Positions 50,530-63,384 of a stretch of DNA of 63,698 bases are shown here, one piece after another (within the stretch, counting starts at the first letter, position 1; each line of letters opens with the position of its first letter). Below the pieces are notes generated by a model that was given only the letters and a program-made list of their open reading frames with translations, did not search any database and was not told where the DNA came from. The DNA is from Octopus bimaculoides (lineage: Eukaryota): NCBI RefSeq assembly GCF_001194135.2, contig NC_068989.1, positions 75,315,287 to 75,378,984 of the forward strand, in the 5' to 3' direction. Both the position numbers and the translations under genes were made by a program.

Positions 50530-52164
50530 AATGAGGTCATTGTTTTGAGATTGAAAAATTCTTTACCATTAGTCACAGTTTTTGCTCAGTTTAGGTTCCT
50601 TAAACCTTTTGATGCCAAAGCATCTGAGACCACCGTTGGTTTGATGATACAAACTTCCTGTTTTAAATGATCGAAATTAAAACTTCTTATTAAAATATCA
50701 TGTTATGTTCCATGTATCAGTTTCATAATGATGAAACCACTCAAACAAACACGACCACTCAAACAAACTGAGTCTTCAACTTGTTCCATTTGCCAAAAGG
50801 TTTGCAAAGGCATCAGTAGGCCCTAGGAGACACATTCATGTCCATAGAACATGATTAACGCTTTGTTTTACTGAATCCTCATTTGTTGTTCATGACAAGA
50901 GAATCCATCATCATATAGATAGATAGATAGATAGATAGATATACAGGTGAGAAAGTAGATTTCGAATGCAAAACTCTACAAACAACAGAGAAAGGTTGGG
51001 TATTCACCCTTATAATCACTTTCTGGCAACTTTTTTTCCGTCTTACAAGGGCAAATACCCAATCTTTCTTTCCCCTTCTCCCCTCCCCTCCCCCTCTCTA
51101 TATATAAGTGTATGTGTGTACACATACATGTATATGTGTGTGTGTGTAGATGTATACATATATATTTTATGTATATGACAAATGATTGATTACAAGTGAA
51201 GTATATAATGAAATATGTATTTATGCTGAAATGACATGATAGCATTGTTCGATAATAATGTAATAATTAACTGAACTATGGAATGGAAGCAGCAGTTTGC
51301 ATATTACTGCTCTTTCTCATTGGTGTTTTATTGCATTCCAGCTTCAGTTTTTATGCAGCAGAGTCTTAATGTCTCATGAGACGAAATGCTTAGTCATCTG
51401 TATGAATTCTCTCCCTGCACTACAAATGCACACACGCATACATATGCATATACAAATGATGATGATGATGATGATGATGATCACTATTGTTCTGATCATC
51501 ATGATCATCATCATCATCATCATCATCATTTAACGTCAGTTGTTCATACTGGCATGCGTTGGATGGTTTGACCAGGGCTGGTAAGCTGAGGGGCTGCACC
51601 AGACTCCTGTCTGATCCGGCATGATTTTCTACAGCTGGATGCTCTTCCTAACGCTAATCACTCCAAGGGTGTAACAGGTGCTTTTATGTTCCACCGGCAC
51701 AAGGGCCAGTCATGTGACACCAGTATCTTTCATGACTATGATTTCACTTGGCTTGATAGGTTTTCTTCTCGAGCATGGCAGATCGCCAAGGGACTTGGTC
51801 ATTTGTCACTGCCTCCGTGAGGCCCAATGCTCAAAAGGTGCCTTTAATGTGCCACCAGCATGGGTGTTAGTTACGATTTGAACCTGGAATCTTCTGATCT
51901 GTAGTTATCCATTGCACCACAATACCTTATTTGATGTCCACTTTTCTGTGCTTGCCTGGTTCAGATGATACTTGTTGAGGCAAATTTTGTATGGTTAGGT
52001 GCCCTTCCTGTTGCCAACCCTCACCTGTTTCCAAGCAAGATAATATTTTCTCATGGTCCAGCATACATGTTTTTCATGGAAGATTGGAAGTGAACAATAT
52101 TCTTTCCTACTCTAGGCACAAAGCTAATGTTTTTGTTAGCCCAACCGCCTTAAAATTATAGAAT

Positions 52165-52510
52165 CTTTTCTCCTCTAGGCACGAGGCCCAAAATTTTTGG
52201 GGAGGGGCCCAGTCAATTAGATTGACCCCAGTATACTTAATTTATTGACCCTGAAAGGATGGAAAGCAAAGTCGACCTCGGCGGAATTTGAACTCAGAAC
52301 GTAAAGACAGACGAAACACTGCCAAGCATTTCATCCAGTATGCTAATGTTTCTTATTTCTTTATTGCCCACAAGGGGCTAAACATAGAGGGGACAAACAA
52401 GGACAGACAAAGGGATTAAGTCGATTACATTGACCCCCCAATGCGTAACTGGTACTTAATTTAGCGACCTCAAAAGGATGAAAGGCAAAGTCGATCTTGG
52501 CGGAATTTGA
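52165..52510 (-). mobile_element. SINE family B dimer
   Basis: Two monomers with different 3' tails, joined at AAAGAAATAAG|AAACATTAGCA. The same junction occurs at about 62145-62160. Confidence 0.75.
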
Positions 52511-53196
52511 ACTCAGATTGGCATTAAGAATGGCATCCAGCTGTAGAAACATTGTCAGATCAGATTGGAGCCTGGTGCAGCCGCTGGCTCTCCAGACCTT
52601 GGCCAGACCATCCAACTCATGTCAGCATGGAAAATGGACGTTAAGCGATAATGATGATAATAATATACTTCAGGCTTCTTTCAGTTTCCATCTACCACTC
52701 ACAAGGTTTTGGTTGAGTGGTTTCCACATTCACTCACCAGGCTTTGCCCTGCTCAAAGCTATTGCAGAAGACACTTGCCCAAGGTGCCACGCAGTGGGCC
52801 TGAACCCAGAACCCTGTAGTTGGGAAACAAGCTTCTTACCATGCAATCATGCCAAGCTCCTTTCAGTTTCCATATATCAAATCCTCTGACAAGGCTTTGG
52901 TCAGCTTGATGCTGTAGTAAATGTTGGTGCACAGTGCAATTGAACTCAAGACAGCATGGTTGGGAAACAAACTTCTTAACGATGCCCAATAATTCTGCTT
53001 AATTTATCATGCCATTAATGTTCCACATGAAACCAATACTTGATAATATGAAACAAACAGTTGAGGTGAAGTGTGTTGTTAAACATTTCTCATTGATTTA
53101 ATATGTTGTTTCGATGCAGATTCTAGATGTGTGATACATATTTTATCTGTCTGAATACTATATGCATGAGTATATATACATATGTGCATGTGTATT

Positions 53197-53253
<57 letters not shown>

Positions 53254-55258
53254 NNNNNNNNNNNNNNNNNNNNNNNNNNNNNNNNNNNNNNNNNNNNNNN
53301 NNNNNNNNNNNNNNNNNNNNNNNNNNNNNNNNNNNNNNNNNNNNNNNNNNNNNNNNNNNNNNNNNNNNNNNNNNNNNNNNNNNNNNNNNNNNNNNNNNNN
53401 NNNNNNNNNNNNNNNNNNNNNNNNNNNNNNNNNNNNNNNNNNNNNNNNNNNNNNNNNNNNNNNNNNNNNNNNNNNNNNNNNNNNNNNNNNNNNNNNNNNN
53501 NNNNNNNNNNNNNNNNNNNNNNNNNNNNNNNNNNNNNNNNNNNNNNNNNNNNNNNNNNNNNNNNNNNNNNNNNNNNNNNNNNNNNNNNNNNNNNNNNNNN
53601 NNNNNNNNNNNNNNNNNNNNNNNNNNNNNNNNNNNNNNNNNNNNNNNNNNNNNNNNNNNNNNNNNNNNNNNNNNNNNNNNNNNNNNNNNNNNNNNNNNNN
53701 NNNNNNNNNNNNNNNNNNNNNNNNNNNNNNNNNNNNNNNNNNNNNNNNNNNNNNNNNNNNNNNNNNNNNNNNNNNNNNNNNNNNNNNNNNNNNNNNNNNN
53801 NNNNNNNNNNNNNNNNNNNNNNNNNNNNNNNNNNNNNNNNNNNNNNNNNNNNNNNNNNNNNNNNNNNNNNNNNNNNNNNNNNNNNNNNNNNNNNNNNNNN
53901 NNNNNNNNNNNNNNNNNNNNNNNNNNNNNNNNNNNNNNNNNNNNNNNNNNNNNNNNNNNNNNNNNNNNNNNNNNNNNNNNNNNNNNNNNNNNNNNNNNNN
54001 NNNNNNNNNNNNNNNNNNNNNNNNNNNNNNNNNNNNNNNNNNNNNNNNNNNNNNNNNNNNNNNNNNNNNNNNNTATATATATATATATATATATAAATAT
54101 AAATAGTGAAGGCACCTAGCTCAGTGGTTAGAGCATCGGGCTCACAATCATGAGATAGTGAGTTTGATTCCCGAACTGGGCTGGAGGTTCGCAATCAATA
54201 TATTATCTAGCTACATCTGGATGCGTGTAGGTTCATTTTTGATAGCATGCTCGTGTATTATAATTATAAAAAAAGAAACTGCATGTATAATACATAACTT
54301 AGAAGCAACGCTGTGGATGTGCCAATACACACGAGCTTGAGACACAGCCACCCTCACGCACTTCTCATGAGGAATTCTGGAAGGAGCACATTGTGAGACC
54401 ACTGCAGAGATGCTTCCAGAAAAAACAAATTTCAGTAACCATTGGAAAACCAATTATAGCAGTGACTCGATCAATTCCTAGTGAAATCTGAAAAAGGAAT
54501 TTTTGTATTCAGAAATATTATTATTATATCAGACTATGGATAATTAAATTATAACAGTTATTATAGTCCACTCTGCATTGTTGTGCCATTCAAGACACGT
54601 TATATTTTAAGGAAAAAAAAAAGATTCATATGTAGGTAAATCAGAAAGTAATGCAATTTTTATTAGCACTACTTTTTAGCCCATCTACATTTGTAAAAGA
54701 GATGAATCAAAAACCAGTAAGAACAAGAGCATTCAGAGAGCACAAACCTCTGCCAAGGCAACACCAACGTCCTCTCAATGATTAGCCGGGATGATTTTTA
54801 AAANNNNNNNNNNNNNNNNNNNNNNNNNNNNNNNNNNNNNNNNNNNNNNNNNNNNNNNNNNNNNNNNNNNNNNNNNNNNNNNNNNNNNNNNNNNNNNNNN
54901 NNNNNNNNNNNNNNNNNNNNNNNNNNNNNNNNNNNNNNNNNNNNNNNNNNNNNNNNNNNNNNNNNNNNNNNNNNNNNNNNNNNNNNNNNNNNNNNNNNNN
55001 NNNNNNNNNNNNNNNNNNNNNNNNNNNNNNNNNNNNNNNNNNNNNNNNNNNNNNNNNNNNNNNNNNNNNNNNNNNNNNNNNNNNNNNNNNNNNNNNNNNN
55101 NNNNNNNNNNNNNNNNNNNNNNNNNNNNNNNNNNNNNNNNNNNNNNNNNNNNNNNNNNNNNNNNNNNNNNNNNNNNNNNNNNNNNNNNNNNNNNNNNNNN
55201 NNNNNNNNNNNNNNNNNNNNNNNNNNNNNNNNNNNNNNNNNNNNNNNNNNNNNNNNNN

Positions 55259-55292
<34 letters not shown>

Positions 55293-56204
55293 GATGAGCT
55301 TCTTTCAGTTTCCGTCTACCAAATCCACTCACAAGGCTTTGGTCGGCCCGAGGCTATAGTAGAAGACACTGCCCAAGGTGTCACACAATGGGACTGAACT
55401 CAGAACCATGTGGTTGGTAAGCAAGCTACTTACCACACAGCTACTCTTGCGCCTATGTGAACGTTTTAGCCATACAGCCATGGCTGCATTACAGACAGAT
55501 GCAGTTTCTACTGTGCAATCTTGACCATGGAACACCCTTTCTTTCTCTCTTTTCTTTCCTCTCATTCTCTGACTGTCTCTCACTCTGTTTGTCTGTCTGT
55601 CCTCCTCCTTCCTTTATAAAATTTCTCAAACAAAACCTTTTACAATACATATTTTAATTCACTTGCTACTTTGAGAAATGCAACATATTCCTCATTGATA
55701 AGATCATTGCACTATATGCAAATGATTGAGAGAAAGAAAGGGGGGAGAGAGAGAGAGAGAGAGAGGGGGGATGTGATAACTTTATTTAAATGATATTTGC
55801 CACTGGCTGTTAGATATTCCTTCCAATCAATATTTTGGTTATTGAATACAAATATATTTTATATATATANNNNNNNNNNNNNNNNNNNNNNNNNNNNNNN
55901 NNNNNNNNNNNNNNNNNNNNNNNNNNNNNNNNNNNNNNNNNNNNNNNNNNNNNNNNNNNNNNNNNNNNNNNNNNNNNNNNNNNNNNNNNNNNNNNNNNNN
56001 NNNNNNNNNNNNNNNNNNNNNNNNNNNNNNNNNNNNNNNNNNNNNNNNNNNNNNNNNNNNNNNNNNNNNNNNNNNNNNNNNNNNNNNNNNNNNNNNNNNN
56101 NNNNNNNNNNNNNNNNNNNNNNNNNNNNNNNNNNNNNNNNNNNNNNNNNNNNNNNNNNNNNNNNNNNNNNNNNNNNNNNNNNNNNNNNNNNNTATTTATA
56201 GTTG

Positions 56205-56598
56205 CAGGCTTGGCTGTGCGGTTAAGAGGCATGCTTCCTAACCACATGATTCTGGGTTCAGTACCACTGCGTGGCCTTTGGGCAAGTGTCTTCTACTATA
56301 GCCTCGGGCCGACCAAAGTCTTGTGAATGGATTTGGTAGACGAGAACTTAAAGAAGCCTGTTGAATATGTGTGTGTGTGTGCGTGTGTTTGTGTGTGTGC
56401 GTGCGTGTGTGTTTTTGTGTTTGTCCCCCACCCCGCCATCTCTTGATGACCAATGCTGGTGTGTTTACGTTCCTGTAACTTAGTGGTTTGGCAAAAGAGA
56501 CCAATAGAATAAGTAGTAGGCTTACAAAGAATAAATCCTGGGGTTGATTTGCTTGACTCAAGGTGGTGCTCCAGCATGACCGCAGTGAAATGACTGAA
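56205..56598 (+). mobile_element. SINE family A
   Basis: Collinear with the consensus. Further copies at about 4480-4870, 5720-5890, 21810-22435, 23900-24516, 26221-26400, 29770-29920, 36030-36285, 49455-49670, 55290-55455, 58655-58850 and 61680-61820. Confidence 0.8.
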
Positions 56599-56619
56599 AC
56601 AAGTAAAAGAGTAAAAGAA

Positions 56620-56665
<46 letters not shown>

Positions 56666-56675
56666 NNNNNNNNNN

Positions 56676-56708
<33 letters not shown>

Positions 56709-56987
56709 CTAAAGTAAGCAGGACTACTGGACGATATACATCTTCATGTGGGACGCTGTTACTGCTTGAAGTTATTATTGAGTGAGTCACTCTTATTATA
56801 GTAACTGATGGTTGGCATATTTGTATCGAATTGTATTTTGGCTGTTGAAGATTGATGGGAGTGGGGCGTAGCAAAAAGATATTAATGTATAAAAGATCTG
56901 TCCTTAAAGATAATTTACTTTACTTCTTCGAAATAAATTACACACACACACACACACTCTGTTCAACCCATACCAATATAGGATATA

Positions 56988-57660
56988 GATGTTAAATGAT
57001 TAAGTGTGTGTGTGTGTGTGTATGTATGTGTGTGTGTGTGTATGTATGTGTGTGTGTATGTATGTGTGTGTGTATGTATGTGTGTGTGTATGTATGTGTG
57101 TATGTATGTGTGTGTGTATGTATGTGTGTGTCTGCCAAATCAGATTGGAGCCTGATGTAGCCATCCGGTTTCACCAGTCCTCAGTCAAATCGTCCAACCC
57201 ATGCTAGTATGGAAAGCGGACGTTGAACGATGATGATGATGATGATGATGATATATAGTAGAAACAATTGATGTGAANNNNNNNNNNNNNNNNNNNNNNN
57301 NNNNNNNNNNNNNNNNNNNNNNNNNNNNNNNNNNNNNNNNNNNNNNNNNNNNNNNNNNNNNNNNNNNNTAGATGTTAAATGATTAAGTGTGTGTGTGTGT
57401 GTGTATGTATGTGTGTGTGTATGTATGTGTGTGTGTGTATGTATGTGTGTGTGTATGTATGTGTGTGTGTATGTATGTGTGTATGTATGTGTGTGTGTAT
57501 GTATGTGTGTGTCTGCCAAATCAGATTGGAGCCTGATGTAGCCATCCGGTTTCACCAGTCCTCAGTCAAATCGTCCAACCCATGCTAGTATGGAAAGCGG
57601 ACGTTGAACGATGATGATGATGATGATGATGATATATAGTAGAAACAATTGATGTGAAAG
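56988..57660. repeat. Direct duplication of about 290 nt on both sides of a 92-N gap
   Basis: 56988-57277 and about 57370-57657 read essentially identically (TG/ATGT microsatellite, RTE tail, flank). Confidence 0.85.
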
Positions 57661-57820
57661 ATAGAATTTACTGGAAACTTTATTTATCATAGTGGTTGTT
57701 TCGATACATCCTGCACAGCTCTCTATACGAGGTGGTGGTGCAGGATGTGTCAAAATGACTGTTGTGTTAAATAAAGTTTCCAGTAAATTCTATCTCCCAT
57801 ATGAATTGTTTCTACTATAT
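57634..57820. repeat. Long hairpin / foldback MITE-like element
   Basis: 83-bp arms 57634-57716 and 57738-57820 with a 21-nt loop. A 26-bp stretch is perfect; the ends read ATATAGTAGAAAC / GTTTCTACTATAT. Confidence 0.85.
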
Positions 57821-58009
57821 TCATTGTGCACTGTGGGATTCCTAACTTGGATCCAGTGGCGATTGTGCAATTACTGTGGATGACACCAGGTAGCCATAAG
57901 CAATGAATGTGCTTTGCCAACATACTACGAGGGATAAATCCAAAACATGATTTAAATCTAAAACTTAAATCCAAACTTTAATTATAACTTACATAAACAA
58001 TGATGATGA

Positions 58010-58610
58010 TGATGATATCATCATCATCATCATCGTTTAACGCCTGCTTTCCATGCTAGCATGGGTTGGACGATTTGACTGAGGACTGGTGAAACCAGAT
58101 GGCTACACCAGGCTCCAATCTGATTTGGCAGAGTTTCTACAGCTGGATGCCCTTCCTAACGCCAACCACTTCGCGAGTGTAGTGGGTGCTTTTACGTGCT
58201 ACTGGCACGAAGGTCAGTCAGGCGGTACTGGCAATGGCCATGCTCAAAATGGTGTATTTTATGTGCCACCCGCACAAGAGCCAGTCCAGGGGCACTGGCA
58301 ACGATCTCGCTCGAAAGACCTTACACATGCTATGGGCATAAGTGCCAGAAAGGCGACACTGGGCACAGGTGCCATCACGATTTCGCTTTCGCTTGCCCCA
58401 ACAGGTCTTCACAAGCAGAGTCTCGTGTCCAATGAAGGAGACGACGTTGGCATGGGTGCCAGTTGTCGAATTTAGTTCGATTTCGATTTCACTTGCCTCA
58501 ACAGGTCTTCGCAAGCGGAGTTTAGTGTCTAATGAAGGAAAGGAACGCATAAGTGCGCTGGCTACACCCCTGGCAGAGGCTTTGGATTTAGGTCTCACTT
58601 GGCTTGCCGG
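58010..58610 (-). mobile_element. RTE-LINE 3' UTR with tandem internal units and (GAT)n tail
   Basis: Same family as 43370-43905. Other truncated copies at about 21965-22178 (+), 28040-28400, 34897-35190, 38210-38640, 41270-41590, 51515-51880, 52520-52660 (+) and 57130-57250 (+). Confidence 0.75.
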
Positions 58611-58908
58611 GTCTTATGTATGTATACATGTGTTTGTGTATGTGTGTGCAATGTAGCTGGCATGGCTGTGTAGTTAATGAAATTCACATTGCTATTGCAT
58701 GGTTTCATGTTCAGTTTAACTGCTTGGCACCTTGGGCCTTCTGCTATAATGTCAAGCTGACCAAAGCCTCGTGAGTAGATTTGGTGGATGGAAACTGAAA
58801 GAAACCCATTGTGTGTATATGACGTGTGTGTGTGTGTTTCCTTGTCTTGACATCATGCAACAGTTTTGAATGAGTGTCACCATCATTTATGCAATGACTT
58901 TCATTTCT

Positions 58909-59145
58909 TATCTCTTTACTGCCCTCAAGGGGCTACACACAGAGGGGACAAACAAGGACAGACAAAGGGATTAAGTCGATTACATCGACTCCAGTGCGTA
59001 ACTGGTACTTAATTTATCGACCCCGGAAGAATGAAAGGCAAAGTCGACCTCGGCGGAATTTGAACTCAGAACGTAATGGCAGACGAAATACCGCTAAGCA
59101 TTTCGCCCGGTGTGCTAACGATTCTGTCAGCTCGCCGTCTTAATT
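58909..59145 (-). mobile_element. SINE family B with 15-bp TSD ATGACTTTC(A/G)TTTCT
   Basis: Near-consensus copy. TSD at 58894-58908 and 59146-59160. Confidence 0.88.
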
Positions 59146-60540
59146 ATGACTTTCGTTTCTACTCTTCCTTGAAAACATTCCAGGTTATTGGAGAAATGGT
59201 TAAATGATGGCAATGGGAAAGACATCTGGACATAGAAAATTTGCATATCAGATGTGTTCATAGTGTAAGGTATATCACTTGATTCAACCAACAAGGAAGT
59301 AAATAACATCAGATTTATGATGTGTATACTTTATTTTGCTAAAACACCCACCTAAAGTCCCAGATTAAAGCGGAGTGTCTCCTTCTGGCTTATCAATTTC
59401 CCATCAACAGAAGTAGGTTATGTGACCTGCTAGTATCAACAGTGTTGCTTTTGAGTCTGGGAAGGGACCCTATATGTAATTACTTGATCTGCTAGAAATA
59501 ACAGTTGAATTCTCCTCAGATCTCACCCTGCCCCCTTCGGAAAAAAAACCCCCAAAAAAAACATGGCTGCATTGAATGAATGTAATGTGAAATACAATTG
59601 ATGTAAACAAAAATAAATTAATAAAACTAAAGTTGAGATGGTCATGAGTGGAACACTTTTGATCATAGGTTTGTATTACCATGTCTGACCCGGATTTAAA
59701 CACGTGTTTGAGCTGGAGACAATGGGTGAGATTGTCATGGCTGGAATATCTTTTGTTATAGGTTTGCTTAGTCAGAGCTTACTTTGGGCTAACATTTATT
59801 GTTTAGCCTCAGTTTAGCCCTCTTGGAGCATACTTATGGTCAAAGGCAGTCCAACTATAACCATGTACCCTCTTGTCATTTTAGAGATATCTATGGTCAC
59901 ATTATCTAATACATCATTTCCTTTACTTTTTAAGATGGTATGGTTTGATATGAGGGTATTTTATCTGCTATTTCTAACTGGTGAGAGTGATTGTGTAAGG
60001 GCTTTATTGTTGGCTTGAGTAATTGTGTTATTGAGAGAGATAGTGAGCAGGGTTATTTTTGAGGCAAGGGAATATTGAGGCACAACTCATGAATGAGGCT
60101 GTGTATTGTTTGAATGACCTGTTGGTAAAGAGGATGGAGTAGACAACAATTTGCTGAGGTGGGCAACATAGATTCCTCAAGATGTCTTAGTGTCTCTCTG
60201 GTCAAGTTGAATATACCAGTCTTTTATAACTGTTAACCATCCTTCTAGAATCTTCGGCCAAACTTCTTGGCAAGAAGAGCGAATATTGGGGGAAAACAAT
60301 GGTGCCATTGGGTTGAGGAGAGATTTGATGAGAAGTACGGAGTATGTTGTGGTGGGCACTGATGGAGTGGCCTGATGTCAAGGAAGGGGTGTATAGTGAA
60401 GAAGGTTCTTGTATTCATGGGCCAAAATGTTATTGGGGATCAAAAGGTGTGGTGAGATATATTAAATGTAGAATAGTTAAGTATATGTTGTTGTTGTTGA
60501 TTAGGCTCATGTCAGTTCTAACTTAGCAGATCTATTACTC

Positions 60541-60948
60541 TACTCTTTTACTTGTTTGTCATTTGACTGTGGCCATGCTGGAGTACCGCCTTTAGTCAAG
60601 TAAACCGACCCCAGAACTTATTCTTTGTAAGCCTAGTACTTATCCTATGGTTCTCTTTTGCCAAACCGTTAAGTTACGGGGACGTAAACACACCAGCATC
60701 GGTTGTCAAGTGATGTTGGGGCGGACAAACATGGACACACAAACATATACACACACACATACATATATATACATACATATATACGACAGGCTTCTCTCAG
60801 TTTCCATCTACCAAATCCACTCACAAGGCTTTGGTCAGCCTGAGGCTATAGTAGAAGACACTTGCCCAAGGTGCCACGCAGTGGGACTGAACCCGGAACC
60901 ATGTGGTTGGTAAGCAAGCTACTTACCACACAGCCACTCCTACGCCTA
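60541..60948 (-). mobile_element. SINE family A, near-intact
   Basis: Full reverse-complement consensus including tRNA head and CTCTTTTAC tail repeats. Confidence 0.85.
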
Positions 60949-61189
60949 TACCTAGATTTATTTTAACCTTGGTCTTGTTCTTTTTTATTGGCATAGTTTT
61001 TTATAGTTTGACCTTGTTTTATTGACATAGTGTATGTAGGACTACATTATCTGATGATTCTGTTGATTTGTAAGATAGCTCTATTCTTCTTTCACTTGTT
61101 TCAGTCATTGGGCCGTGGCCATACTGGGACACTACCATGAAGAGTTCAGTCAAATACAGACGCACCATACACACAAGTGTACAGACACA

Positions 61190-61680
61190 CACATATAGAG
61201 GTGTACATACACACATCTAGAGGTGCACACTCACACATATTCACACACCCACACTGGTGTGCATGCATACACACACTTACACACATTCACACACCTGCTC
61301 TACACTCACACACTGGTGCACACACACGCACACTGGTGGTGCACACACACATTCACATTCCCACGTATTTACACACCAACTCTGATGCACACACACACAC
61401 ACACACATCCACACACATGCTGGCGCGCACACACATTCACACACCCACATTGGTGCACACACATTCACACACTGACACTGGTGCGCATGCACACACACAC
61501 ACACACACACATTCACACACCCACACTGGTGAGTCCCCCCACATTTGCACACCCACGCTGGTGCATGTGCACATACACACACACATTCACACACCCACGT
61601 ACATACACATTCACACACCCACGTACATACACATTCACACACCCACACTGGTGCACACAGACACACACACGCACACAGAG
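61190..61680. repeat. CA-rich minisatellite, unit about 26-30 nt (CACACACATTCACACACCCACACTGGTG)
   Basis: About a dozen degenerate units with recurring ATTCAC and CTGGTG spacers. Confidence 0.8.
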
Positions 61681-61815
61681 GCATGGCTGTGTAGCAAGAA
61701 GTTTCAGGTTCAATCCCTCTCCATGGCACTTTAGGCAGGCATCTTTTATTATAACCTCAGGTCAACCAAAACTTTGTGAGTGGATCTTATAGATGGAAAC
61801 TGAAAGAACCAAATC

Positions 61816-61852
<37 letters not shown>

Positions 61853-62764
61853 TCTTTGTTGTTTTGCTATCACCTGATAGTTGTGTGACAGTCATACAGC
61901 TGGTGTTGTCTATGTCATATCACCTGTGAAACCATGTTCACTCATGGGAAGAATATTCTTTTCTGCTCTAGGCACAAGGCCTGAAATGTTTGGGGAGGAG
62001 GCCAGTTGATTAGATCAACTCCAGTACGCAACTGGTACTTAATTTATCGACCCCGAAAGGATGAAAGGCAAAGTAGACCTCAGTGGAATTTGAACTCAGA
62101 ATGTAAAGACAGACGAAATACTGCTCAGCATTTTGCCCAGCATGCTAACGTTTCTTATTTCTTTATTGCCCACAAGGGGCTAAACATAGAGGGGACAAAC
62201 AAGGGCAGACAAAGGGATTAAGTTTGACTGAACACAGAACCATATGGTTGGGAAGCAAGCTTCTTACCACACAGCCATGCCTGTGCCTATATGGATGTTG
62301 AAATCATGATGATGATGATGCTGGGCTTCCACACAGTTTCCATCTACCTGATCCACTCACGAGACATTGGTTGGCTCAGAACTATAGAAGATCATTGCCC
62401 AAGGTACCACACAGATGGACTAAACCTGAAGCCATGTTGTTGCTAAGTGAATTTCTTCAACCCATCAAGGTATACAGTTTGAGTGAAATTTGGCTGCTAT
62501 TTCTAGCTATTCAAACGACAACAAAGGGACTCCCTCATTAGCTTTGACTGACGTAAATTGGCATAGCAGGTGGCTTGGTGGGGGGTGGTAATTGGAGTGG
62601 TGTTGGTGTTGGTGGTTTTGGTCGTGGAGAGGTGTGATTCTTTGCAGGTTTTTTTCTTCATGATGTGTAAATAAGCCGAATGAATGACCGAACGACTGCA
62701 AGAAACTGCTTTGTCATGTAATTGTATTTAAAGTGAAAATACATGTATGATGAGTAAGTGTATG

Positions 62765-62798
62765 TACATAGCTACACATGTTTCAGTCTACACACACA

Positions 62799-62841
<43 letters not shown>

Positions 62842-63055
62842 ATGTATGTAATGTATGTACATGTGTGTGTCCAAAATGTTGGATTTTCCACTCCCACACC
62901 ATGTTTACTGTATTCTTTTTGTTGACATTGTGTGTGTGTGTGTGTGTGTGTGTGTATGCTTGTATATGTGTAATATATATGTGTGGGTATGTGTGTGTGT
63001 ATATATGTATTCAAGTGTGTATATTTTTGCATGTATGTTTGTATATATGTCTCTG

Positions 63056-63125
<70 letters not shown>

Positions 63126-63135
63126 CATATGCCTG

Positions 63136-63166
<31 letters not shown>

Positions 63167-63260
63167 TGTATGTGTATGTATATGTATGTGTGTATGTATG
63201 TATGTATACAAACATGTGTGTATGTGTTTATGTATGTATGTATGTAATGTATATATGTCC
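62765..63260. repeat. Compound microsatellite block (CA)n/(TG)n/(TA)n/(ATGT)n
   Basis: Directly visible; representative of dozens of simple repeats across the window. Confidence 0.95.
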
Positions 63261-63384
63261 AATGATGGCCTAACTGGCTGAAACTTCAAAGTCACTGTCA
63301 GTACTATAGCATAAAAACACACATATGCACATATATACGTACATACATACACACACACACACATGCATATATATATATATATAT

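Noticed and set aside
54111-54182. tRNA-like sequence with a CAC anticodon-like loop
   Set aside because: Acceptor and T stems do not pair properly and it matches the SINE family F head; not a tRNA gene. The same applies to the heads of families A, B and C.
54303-54434. Open 44-codon segment (…SHEEFWKEHIVRPLQRCF…)
   Set aside because: The acceptor lacks a pyrimidine tract, competing frames are open on the minus strand, and no family is recognised; strand and coding status are unresolved.
59184-59268. AG...GT-bounded segment resembling an exon
   Set aside because: All three frames contain stops and nothing links it to other exons.
59990-60530. Possible Penelope, LTR or LINE coding remnant
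   Set aside because: Strand-biased composition suggests an old retroelement, but no RT, GIY-YIG or integrase motif could be read.
837-63364. Long ORFs in the track rich in X, HT/TH, CV/VC, YI/IY, poly-D/M/S/I
   Set aside because: They are read-throughs of N-gaps and di- or trinucleotide microsatellites, not proteins.
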